Assembly (NCBI GenBank): GCA_040385445.1
Contig: JAZKHI010000027.1
Span: forward strand, 14,549 to 78,548
Reading direction: 5' to 3'
DNA from: Bacteroidota bacterium
Lineage (GTDB): Bacteria > Bacteroidota > Bacteroidia > Flavobacteriales > Flavobacteriaceae
Length of the DNA stretch: 64,000 nucleotides
Part shown: piece by piece, positions 1 to 8,336 of the stretch
Position numbering within the stretch: position 1 is the stretch's first letter
Layout of the letters: each line of letters begins with the position of its first letter
Translations under genes and position numbers: made by a program
Notes under the pieces: generated by a model
Seen by the model: the letters and a program-made list of their open reading frames with translations, nothing else
What the model was told of the DNA's origin: nothing
Databases searched by the model: none

Positions 1-319
1 TCAAAAAAATGAAAAAGGACAATGGTCTAAATGGTCTAAAACACAACCTACTGAGTTATTGATTAATTTAGATAGAGACAAACACCGTTTTGTGGTGCAT
101 TCAGAAATCATTCAACTTTTTAGTATTGTAAAATATGAAGACAAAGTAGAAACTCCTGAAGGAACTTCAAATAAATATTTCTGTGTTGATAATGTTGGTT
201 TAGAGACGGTTATTACTATTGTTTCTCCAAAAAATGCTGGTAGCAGTAAACAAATTTATATTGCTAACGAAGAAATGATTATCGAATACGATTTAATTTA
301 TTTAGGCGAAAAAAAATAA
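1..319 (+). CDS. Hypothetical protein, 3' part (5' end lies before the window)
   Basis: Frame is open from position 2 (QKNEKGQWSKWSK...) to the stop at 319, so the ORF-track start at 59 is probably internal. Confidence 0.6.
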   Translation, partial: QKNEKGQWSKWSKTQPTELLINLDRDKHRFVVHSEIIQLFSIVKYEDKVETPEGTSNKYFCVDNVGLETVITIVSPKNAGSSKQIYIANEEMIIEYDLIYLGEKK

Positions 320-322
320 TCC

Positions 323-1627
323 TTGCGTACAAATATTTCAAAATATATCCACAATGTTGCTCTTTTTAAAGAGCAACTTTTGTATTGGAGCAATCAGTTT
401 AGAGAAGTTGTTGTTTTAGATAGTAATGTCGAAAGCAATGAAAATCAGCTCTATAAATCTTACGATTTGGTTGTGGCTGTGGAAGCTTTCACTTCTATTC
501 AAACGGATTATGAAAAAGCTTTCGAAGATTTATATCAATATCAATCCAAAGCAAATGATTGGCTTTTTGGATATTTATCTTACGATTTAAAAAACGACGT
601 AGAACATCTGAAATCTCAAAATTTTGATGGTTTACAATTTCCAGATTTGTACTTTTTTCAACCAAAGAAAATCTTTTTATTAAAAGGAGATAACGTTGAA
701 ATTCAATATTTAAATATGTGTGATGATGAAGTGGAATCTGACTTTGAAGACATTATTCAAAGTCAAAAGTCAAAAGTCAAAAGTCAAAAGTCACCAATAA
801 ACATTCAAAAAAGAATTTCAAAAGAAAATTACCTTAAAAAAACTGAAAAAATGTTAGCCCATATTCATCGTGGTGATATGTATGAAGCTAATTTTTGTAT
901 GGAATTTTATGCTGAAGACGCAAATATTCAACCTTTAGATATTTATCAAAAATTGAACCAAATTTCGGCTTCGCCATTTGCGGTTTATTTCAAGAAAAAT
1001 CAACATTATTTGCTTTCTGCATCACCAGAACGTTATCTGAAAAAGGAAGATGAAAAAGTAATTTCGCAACCGATTAAAGGAACGGCAAAACGTAATTTGG
1101 ATTTAGAATTAGACGAACAAAATAAAATTAATCTTCAAAATAATCCCAAAGAACGCTCGGAAAATATTATGATTGTCGATTTAGTTCGAAATGATTTATC
1201 TCATACCGCTACAAAAGGTTCAGTAGAAGTGGAAGAACTTTGCGAAATTTATTCGTTTAAGCAAGTCCACCAAATGATTTCGACTATTGTTTCGAATGTG
1301 GAACATACGACTTCACCAATCGAAATCTTAAGAACAACTTTCCCAATGGGAAGTATGACTGGCGCTCCAAAGATTTCAGCCATGCAAATTATTGAAGAAT
1401 TGGAAGAAACCAAACGCGGTTTATATAGCGGTGCAGTTGGTTATTTTACACCAACAGGAAATTTTGATTTCAATGTGGTTATCCGCAGTATTTTGTACAA
1501 TTCTGAAAACAAATATTTGAGTTTTTCTGTCGGAAGTGCCATTACTTCTGAAGCCATTCCCGAAAACGAATACGAAGAATGTTTACTGAAAGCCAAAGCG
1601 ATGTTCGAAGTTCTTCAAGCTAATTAA
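323..1627 (+). CDS. pabB: Aminodeoxychorismate synthase component I / anthranilate synthase component I family
   Basis: Chorismate-binding motifs SPERY, PIKGT, ENIMIVDLVRNDL, PMGSMTGAPK, YSGAVGY. Confidence 0.85.
   Translation: MRTNISKYIHNVALFKEQLLYWSNQFREVVVLDSNVESNENQLYKSYDLVVAVEAFTSIQTDYEKAFEDLYQYQSKANDWLFGYLSYDLKNDVEHLKSQNFDGLQFPDLYFFQPKKIFLLKGDNVEIQYLNMCDDEVESDFEDIIQSQKSKVKSQKSPINIQKRISKENYLKKTEKMLAHIHRGDMYEANFCMEFYAEDANIQPLDIYQKLNQISASPFAVYFKKNQHYLLSASPERYLKKEDEKVISQPIKGTAKRNLDLELDEQNKINLQNNPKERSENIMIVDLVRNDLSHTATKGSVEVEELCEIYSFKQVHQMISTIVSNVEHTTSPIEILRTTFPMGSMTGAPKISAMQIIEELEETKRGLYSGAVGYFTPTGNFDFNVVIRSILYNSENKYLSFSVGSAITSEAIPENEYEECLLKAKAMFEVLQAN
757..793 (+). repeat. Heptamer tandem repeat (TCAAAAG)x4 plus partial copies inside the pabB-like CDS
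   Basis: tcaaag-tcaaaag-tcaaaag-tcaaaag-tcaaaag-tca; encodes QSQKSKVKSQKS. Confidence 0.9.
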
Positions 1628-1639
1628 TTATATTTGTAA

Positions 1640-2959
1640 ATGTTTCAAAAGTTTAAGTACCATATTGATAATAATTTTTCTTTTCTAAAAGATAAGAAAC
1701 TACTTCTTGCCACAAGTGGCGGTATGGACAGTATGGTTTTAGTACATTTGTTTCAAAAATTACAATTAAATTTTGATTTAGCACATTGCAATTTTCAACT
1801 TCGTGGAACGGAAAGTGACGACGATGAAAATTTCGTTGCTGCTTATGCTAAACACAACAATATTACTTGTTTTATAACAAAATTTGATACGTCTAACTAT
1901 TCCGAAGAAAATAAATTATCGACACAAGTTGCCGCAAGAAATCTTCGTTATCATTGGTTTAATCAGATTTTAGAACAAGAAAACTTCGATTATATTATTA
2001 CGGCGCATCACGCAGATGATGTAGTGGAAACCTTTATGATTAATCTTTCCCGAGGAACTGGTTTGGATGGTTTAACTGGAATTCCATCGCAAAACGGAAC
2101 TATTATTCGTCCGATGTTACCTTTTTCTCGCAATGAAATTGAAGAATATGTTTCAGAAAATAATTTGCAATGGCGAGAAGATAGCAGTAATGTTTCGGAT
2201 AAATATTTGAGAAACAAAATCCGACACCATATTGTGCCTGTTTTTAAAGAAATAAATGAATCGTTTTTACAATCGTTTCAAAATACATTAGAACATTTAA
2301 ATCAGGAACAATCATTAGCAAATGATGCGATTCAAATGGTGTATGAAAAAGTCGTTTTTGAAGATAATAATCAATTAAAGATTGATATTTCGGTCTTACT
2401 TCAATATAAAAATTACAAACCCTATTTATACCAATGGTTACATAAATTTGGGTTTTCAGCTTGGAATGATGTGTATAATTTGGTAGAATCACAATCAGGG
2501 AAACAAATTTTCTCTGAAAACTATATTTTGCTGAAAGATAGAGGTTTTTTAATTCTTTCTGGAAAGGAAACCGCCGATTTTAAAGAGATTATTGTGAATT
2601 CTATAACAGAAAAAACTAATTTTCCGTTAAAATTGTCCTTATGTAACCTAAGTGACATTTCAAATCAATGGAAGAACGTTATATTTGTGGATGAAAATAA
2701 ATTGCAGTTTCCATTAACGATACGAAAATGGAAGGAAGGTGATTGTTTTTATCCAGCTGGAATGCAAGGAAAAAAAAAAGTGAGTAAGTATTTTAAAGAT
2801 GAAAAATTTACCCTTTTTCAAAAACAACAAACTTGGATTTTAGAAAGTAACAACCAAATTGTTTGGATTATTGGACATAGAGCCGACGAACGATTTAAAG
2901 CAGAAGAAACAACACAAACCCAAATTAAAATAGAATTTAATAATGAAGAAGTTATTTAG
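1640..2959 (+). CDS. tilS: tRNA(Ile)-lysidine synthetase
   Basis: SGGMDS PP-loop, AHHADD, RNKIRH, C-terminal KKVSKYFKDEK domain. Confidence 0.95.
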   Translation: MFQKFKYHIDNNFSFLKDKKLLLATSGGMDSMVLVHLFQKLQLNFDLAHCNFQLRGTESDDDENFVAAYAKHNNITCFITKFDTSNYSEENKLSTQVAARNLRYHWFNQILEQENFDYIITAHHADDVVETFMINLSRGTGLDGLTGIPSQNGTIIRPMLPFSRNEIEEYVSENNLQWREDSSNVSDKYLRNKIRHHIVPVFKEINESFLQSFQNTLEHLNQEQSLANDAIQMVYEKVVFEDNNQLKIDISVLLQYKNYKPYLYQWLHKFGFSAWNDVYNLVESQSGKQIFSENYILLKDRGFLILSGKETADFKEIIVNSITEKTNFPLKLSLCNLSDISNQWKNVIFVDENKLQFPLTIRKWKEGDCFYPAGMQGKKKVSKYFKDEKFTLFQKQQTWILESNNQIVWIIGHRADERFKAEETTQTQIKIEFNNEEVI

Positions 2960-4958
2960 TTTATTAGCCTTATTTATTACCTTTTTAGGATCAGCACAAA
3001 TTGTAGAACCCGTAAAATGGAGTTCTAGTGTTGTAAAAGTTTCAGATACCGAATTAGATTTAGTTATAACTGCAGATATTGAAGATCATTGGCATTTATA
3101 TTCTCAATTCACACCAGATGGAGGAGCTTTACCTTTGGTTTTAACGTTTAAAAATCAGAAAGGAAACTATCAATTAGTTGGGAAGGCTAAAGAAGGAAAA
3201 TATAAAAAATCATTTAATGACATTTTTGAAATTGATGAATATTATTTTGAAGGTTCAGCAAAATTCACACAACGTGTAAAAATTTTAAATCCAAAATTAA
3301 AAACAATTGATGTTTATGCAGATGGACAAGCTTGTATTGATGGAAGATGTGTACAAACAGCTTCTAATTTAAAATTCAAATTACCAGAACTTAAAGTTGC
3401 AGAAACTACAACATCTGAAACTGCAGTTGATACAACTTCAAAAGCAACAGATTCTGTGATTACCGCTCAATATGATATAACGCAAAAAACGATAACACCA
3501 GTTAAGGATTCTAACATTGAAAAACCTTCAAATAAAGAAGGAAAAAGTTTATGGACAATTTTCTTTTTAGCCTTTTTAGGAGGATTTGCAGCGCTTTTAA
3601 TGCCTTGTATTTTTCCAATGATTCCTATGACGGTTAGTTTCTTTACCAAACAAAGTAAAACAAAAGCGGAAGGTATTAGAAATGCTGTAGTTTACGGATT
3701 ATCTATCATTATAATTTATGTGTTGTTAGGCTCATTAATTACAGGGATTTTTGGTGCAGAAGCGTTAAACGAATTATCTACAAGTGTCACTTTTAATTTA
3801 ATATTTTTTGTATTATTAGTCGTTTTTGCTTTATCATTTTTAGGTGCATTTGAAATTATGTTACCAAGTTCTTGGGCAACAAAATTAGATTCTCAAGCAG
3901 GTAAAGGTGGTATTTTAGGAATTGTATTTATGGCATTAGCCTTAGCAGTAGTTTCTTTTTCTTGTACTGGGCCAATTGTTGGAACGTTACTTGTGGAATC
4001 CGCTTCAAAAGGTGGTTTAGCGCCAATTATTGGAATGTTAGGTTTCTCATTAGCCATTGCTTTACCATTTATGTTATTTGCCATGTTTCCAGGTTGGTTA
4101 AATTCTATGCCAAAATCGGGTGGTTGGTTAAATACCGTTAAAGTTTCATTAGGATTTTTAGAATTGGCTTTTGCCTTCAAGTTTTTATCTAACGCCGATT
4201 TAGTAATGCAAAAACATTGGTTAGAAAGAGAATTGTTTATTGCCATTTGGATTGCCGTTTTTGCAGCTTGGGCTTTATATTTATTCGGAAAATATATGTT
4301 ACCACACGATTATGAAAAAGCAGATAAAATTGGAGTAGGTCGTTTAATGATGGCAATTATTGTCTCGACTTTTACTTTCTATATGATTCCAGGTTTATGG
4401 GGTGCGCCATTAAAAATATTAAGCGGATTAACACCACCAATGACGTATGCGGAAAGCGCTTCTGGTTTTGGAAATGTGGGTTCTAGTACTTCTGAATTAC
4501 CTGAACATGCACACAAAGGTCCACATGGAATTGTTGCTTTTGAAGATTATGAGCATGGTTTAGCTTACGCGAAAAAAGTTGGGAAACCAGTATTATTAGA
4601 TTTTACTGGTGATGCTTGTGCGAATTGTAGAAAAATGGAAGATAATGTTTGGTCTGATAAAAGTATTTTACCAATTTTAAAAGAGAAAGTAGTTTTGATT
4701 TCTTTATATTGTGATAGAAAAATTGAATTACCTAAAGATCAACAATATATTTCTAAAACTACTGGAAAAGAAGTGATAACAATTGGTAATAAATGGACGG
4801 ATTTACAAATTACAAGATATCAAAGTAACTCTCAGCCGTTATATGTAATTTTGAATAATGATGGAAAAGATGCATCAAAACCAATTGCTTATACTACTGA
4901 TATTCAAGAGTACAAAAAATGGTTAGAAGACGGAATTAAAGAAGCTTCTAAAAAGTAA
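2943..4958 (+). CDS. dsbD: Thiol:disulfide interchange protein (DsbD family)
   Basis: N-terminal DsbD-alpha domain (C..GRC), membrane domain with MPCIFPMIP and SCTGP, C-terminal thioredoxin CANC. Confidence 0.9.
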   Translation: MKKLFSLLALFITFLGSAQIVEPVKWSSSVVKVSDTELDLVITADIEDHWHLYSQFTPDGGALPLVLTFKNQKGNYQLVGKAKEGKYKKSFNDIFEIDEYYFEGSAKFTQRVKILNPKLKTIDVYADGQACIDGRCVQTASNLKFKLPELKVAETTTSETAVDTTSKATDSVITAQYDITQKTITPVKDSNIEKPSNKEGKSLWTIFFLAFLGGFAALLMPCIFPMIPMTVSFFTKQSKTKAEGIRNAVVYGLSIIIIYVLLGSLITGIFGAEALNELSTSVTFNLIFFVLLVVFALSFLGAFEIMLPSSWATKLDSQAGKGGILGIVFMALALAVVSFSCTGPIVGTLLVESASKGGLAPIIGMLGFSLAIALPFMLFAMFPGWLNSMPKSGGWLNTVKVSLGFLELAFAFKFLSNADLVMQKHWLERELFIAIWIAVFAAWALYLFGKYMLPHDYEKADKIGVGRLMMAIIVSTFTFYMIPGLWGAPLKILSGLTPPMTYAESASGFGNVGSSTSELPEHAHKGPHGIVAFEDYEHGLAYAKKVGKPVLLDFTGDACANCRKMEDNVWSDKSILPILKEKVVLISLYCDRKIELPKDQQYISKTTGKEVITIGNKWTDLQITRYQSNSQPLYVILNNDGKDASKPIAYTTDIQEYKKWLEDGIKEASKK

Positions 4959-4979
4959 ATTTCAACTTTAACAATAAAC

Positions 4980-5014
4980 AAAAACCTGGATGATAAATTC
5001 ATGCAGGTTTTTTT
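4980..5014 (+). terminator. Intrinsic terminator after dsbD
   Basis: aaaaacctg-gatga...tcatg-caggttttttt hairpin with T tract. Confidence 0.7.
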
Positions 5015-5156
5015 ATGAAAATAAAATTATCTTTTCAGCCGTGGTAGAGCCGATATCCTCGCAGAGATAAAGGCGAAAGCACGAAGTGTGTTGTTTTGAA
5101 AAATACTTTTTGTGCTGCCAAAATCTCAAAATTCACATGATTTTTAAATATTTTTC

Positions 5157-5164
5157 TATATTTG
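5157..5164 (+). promoter_or_regulatory. Bacteroidota -7 promoter box for comM
   Basis: TATATTTG matches TAnnTTTG, 33 nt upstream of the ATG at 5198. Confidence 0.55.
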
Positions 5165-5197
5165 TGACATTATAAGCCAATTTTAAAAGTACAAGCC

Positions 5198-6052
5198 ATG
5201 TTAGTAAAAGTCTTCGGAAGCGCCGTTTTTGGCGTTGACGCAACTACAATCACTGTAGAAGTAAATATCGATAAAGGAATCGGATACCACTTGGTAGGAT
5301 TACCAGATTCTGCCATAAAAGAAAGCAGTTACCGTATTGCTGCTGCTCTCAAAAACAACAATTACAATCTTCCTGGAAAGAAAATTACCATAAATATGGC
5401 GCCTGCCGATTTAAGGAAAGAAGGTTCTGCTTATGATTTAACATTGGCGATAGGGATTTTAGCGGCTTCTAGTCAAATTAATGCGGAAGAAGTTGGAAAG
5501 TACATCATCATGGGTGAAATGTCTTTAGATGGCGGTTTACAGCCTATTCGTGGTGCGTTGTCCATTGCTATTAAAGCGAAAGAAGAAGGTTTTGCAGGAA
5601 TTATTTTGCCGATTCAGAATGTGAAAGAAGCTGCTATTGTAGATGGTTTGGACGTTTATGGAGTGGATAATGTGTTGCAAGTCATTAATTTTTTTGAAGG
5701 GAAGGAGACTTTAATTCCGACCGTAATTGATACCAAAGAAGAATTTTCTAAAAACTTAGAATTTCCAGAATTTGATTTTGCCGATGTAAAAGGGCAGGAG
5801 TCCATTAAAAGATGTATGGAAATTGCAGCTGCTGGCGGACATAATATTATTTTAATTGGTCCACCCGGAGCTGGAAAAACGATGTTAGCGAAACGTTTGC
5901 CAAGTATTTTACCGCCAATGAGTATGCAAGAAGCTTTAGAAACTACTAAAATTCATTCGGTCACGGGTAGAATTAAAGATACGGGTTTGTTAACGCAACG
6001 GCCATTTCGAGCACCGCATCACACGGCAAGTTCGGTGAGTTTAGTCGGCGGT
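5198..6052 (+). pseudogene. comM: comM/yifB Mg-chelatase-like AAA+ ATPase, 5' part (interrupted by transposon)
   Basis: VGLPD, NMAPADLRKEGSAYDL, Walker A GPPGAGKT, PFRAPHHT; homology stops at LVGG; joins in frame with 27993-28673 to give [25 protein letters not shown]. Confidence 0.95.
6048..6052 (+). repeat. Target site duplication GCGGT (left copy)
   Basis: ttagtcg-GCGGT-TGTcaatt; identical 5-mer follows the other end. Confidence 0.95.
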
Positions 6053-6120
6053 TGTCAATTACAACAGTAAATGAGAATATATAGAAGTAAACGAGAATAT
6101 ATAAAAGTATGTGAGAATAT
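6053..6120 (+). repeat. Transposon end distal to tnsA: 8-bp terminus plus three abutting 20-bp putative TnsB sites
   Basis: TGTCAATT then acaacagtaaatgagaatat / atagaagtaaacgagaatat / ataaaagtatgtgagaatat. Confidence 0.9.
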
Positions 6121-6262
6121 ATAATATTGATATAAATTTATTTAATATATTTGATTAATACGATTTTATAGCGAGTATTTATTCAAAATTAAATGTATAT
6201 ACGCCATAAAGTAGCGAGTATACCCAAGTTGTAAGCAAGCTAAAAAAAAACAGACGACAGAA

Positions 6263-7375
6263 ATGAATATTTTTAACATAGAAACTTTACAGCCATTTGA
6301 TATTGTTTTAATACGTTTCGAAGGTGATGAAACAAGTGAGCAAATTAGAACAAGTTGTAATTCAGAATACAGTCATACTTTTATTTACTTAGGAAATGGC
6401 TCATTCATAGAAGGTAACACACCAGTAGTTTCTTTATTTTCTTTTAACAGATACTATTTTGAGAACTTAAACGACATTAAAGTACTCAGATTGAATGACG
6501 AAAAAAAGAAAATATTTAACCAAACTGATGCTGAAAAATGTTTGAGAGGATTGTCATACTGTAATTATTCAAAAAGACTTCTCTATTTCATTGAAAAGAG
6601 AAATATTAACCAAAATACGATTGACAAATTCTTTAAAGATAAAATTTGGGAAGGAGGCATTGTTTGTTCAACATTAATTACTCTATCATATTTTGCTGGA
6701 GGAATTGACATTTCGGGAAATAAAGAACCCTTTTATGCACACTTTGGAGATATCGAAAAATATGATGGATTTGAGGATGTAACAAATAGTGTTTTCAATG
6801 AAGTCACTATAGATGATACGAAAAGAATTTTTGACTATTTCACAACTTCTCAAACAGGTTCAATACTTGAAAAACAATCAATAGCTATTAAAGAATTAAA
6901 TACATATGTTGAAAATAAATATCGAGATATTAAAGCTAATCCAAATAACTATAATGACATTGCTATCATTAATGAGAACTTAGGTTTTTCAAATTGGGAA
7001 GATATATATCCAAATATAATGAGATGGTTTCTAACGGAAACGGGACAGAAAATAGATAATGAACTTTCACAAAAAATAATTTCAACAGGGTATAATTCAT
7101 TGTGGTTTGAAGAAATTCACAATAATCCTTTTCAATTTTTCCCTATGTATTATTATAATTACAATGATGAAACATTACCCTCAAATAAGGATTTAGAATT
7201 TATTAGAAACTCATTGGAAAAAACATTAGAAAATCTTGAATATAACGAGAAACAGGTTTTTAATAATTTCATAATGTGTCCGTCCAAAACATTTCACATA
7301 TTATTAGATATGTATCGCTCTTTTTCAGATTTAATAAGAACAAGTATTACCCAATATAATTATCTAATAAAATAA
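6263..7375 (+). CDS. Cassette 1: permuted papain-like (YiiX/YebB NlpC/P60) N-terminal domain plus unknown helical C-terminus
   Basis: QPFDIVLIR, YSHTFIYLG..IEG, later IVCSTLI..SY.AGGID (His before Cys = permuted arrangement). Confidence 0.7.
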   Translation: MNIFNIETLQPFDIVLIRFEGDETSEQIRTSCNSEYSHTFIYLGNGSFIEGNTPVVSLFSFNRYYFENLNDIKVLRLNDEKKKIFNQTDAEKCLRGLSYCNYSKRLLYFIEKRNINQNTIDKFFKDKIWEGGIVCSTLITLSYFAGGIDISGNKEPFYAHFGDIEKYDGFEDVTNSVFNEVTIDDTKRIFDYFTTSQTGSILEKQSIAIKELNTYVENKYRDIKANPNNYNDIAIINENLGFSNWEDIYPNIMRWFLTETGQKIDNELSQKIISTGYNSLWFEEIHNNPFQFFPMYYYNYNDETLPSNKDLEFIRNSLEKTLENLEYNEKQVFNNFIMCPSKTFHILLDMYRSFSDLIRTSITQYNYLIK

Positions 7376-7384
7376 AAATTGCCA

Positions 7385-7520
7385 GCTTACAACAGCCACT
7401 ACAACGGATTTGGGCAATTGGCTTAATGGGAAGTTGGTTTTGTATTTGGAAGTTTTGGCATAACCGAAAGATTACGCATTTTTAATCCCAAACCCGCTGT
7501 AGTGCCAGAACGTTAGCTGA
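7385..7520 (+). repeat. attC-like site 1 (family A)
   Basis: GCTTACAAC ... GTTAGCTGA cores; arms cactacaacggatttggg / cccaaacccgctgtagtg (16 of 18 complementary). Confidence 0.85.
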
Positions 7521-7548
7521 AAGCGTTAGTTACAAATCGTTAAAAATT

Positions 7549-8157
7549 ATGTCAGAGGAAAAATTGCAACAATTAATTGAATACTTAGATTTTGTTCAAA
7601 TAATAGATTTAGATCAAATTTACAATCATGTTTTAAACGAAGTAATATCCTTTAACGAAGCCACACAATTTCTCTATGGGCTGAAAATAAATCATGAAAA
7701 TAGATTTCGATTATTTATATGTTTACATGAAGCTTCGCTAAAAAATAATCTTAAAGTCGCGATTCAAGTATTCCGAGAAGCATATTGTGCTTCTAATAAT
7801 ATTTATGACCAAATCAAGACTAGCTCCTATTCTTTCAATCTAAAAAACTTTATAAATACAAATAAGTTATATGGCATTGATTTCAAAAGTATAATGAATG
7901 ATGACGAAATCGAGTATTACAATGATCTAGGTGACACAATAACAATTTATAGAGGGATGTGCGATCAAGAGTATCAAAGTAAAAATTTTGGTATAAGTTG
8001 GACAATCGATGAAAACGAAGCAAAAAATTATGTATATTTTGACAAAAACAAAGTAAAAGATGGTGATGGAGGTGTTGTTAATATTTGCATTGAGAAAAAG
8101 AATATAGCAGCTGTATTTTCAGTCCACGGAAAAAAAGAAATTATTTATATAAATTAA
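7549..8157 (+). CDS. Cassette 2: hypothetical protein with C-terminal ADP-ribosyltransferase-like motifs
   Basis: TIYRG...GISWT..ENEA...KEII resembles the R-S-E ART pattern; fold call is inference. Confidence 0.5.
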   Translation: MSEEKLQQLIEYLDFVQIIDLDQIYNHVLNEVISFNEATQFLYGLKINHENRFRLFICLHEASLKNNLKVAIQVFREAYCASNNIYDQIKTSSYSFNLKNFINTNKLYGIDFKSIMNDDEIEYYNDLGDTITIYRGMCDQEYQSKNFGISWTIDENEAKNYVYFDKNKVKDGDGGVVNICIEKKNIAAVFSVHGKKEIIYIN

Positions 8158-8164
8158 CACGCCA

Positions 8165-8300
8165 TCAGCTAACAGCGGTTTAGTACAATAGCTACATTTA
8201 TCTTAAACTACACTTTCGATTTTCCGCTGGAAAATCTTATATTAGCAAGAAATTATCATTCAATGCAACCGCTTCTGGATCAAGCCGTGGAACGTTTAAA
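8165..8300 (+). repeat. attC-like site 2 (family B)
   Basis: TCAGCTAAC-agcggttt ... gattttccgctggaaaatc ... caagccgtggaac-GTT. Confidence 0.85.
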
Positions 8301-8336
8301 ATGCCGGAAAAATTCTAACTAGCACAGAAAATATAG

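Noticed and set aside
5035-5095. GC-richer intergenic stretch upstream of comM as a possible ncRNA or riboswitch
   Set aside because: No convincing stem structure or family motif could be identified by eye.
6061-6120. 20-bp tandem repeats as a mini CRISPR array or iterons
   Set aside because: No spacers; they start 8 bp inside TGT and match inverted copies at the other end, so they are best explained as TnsB sites.
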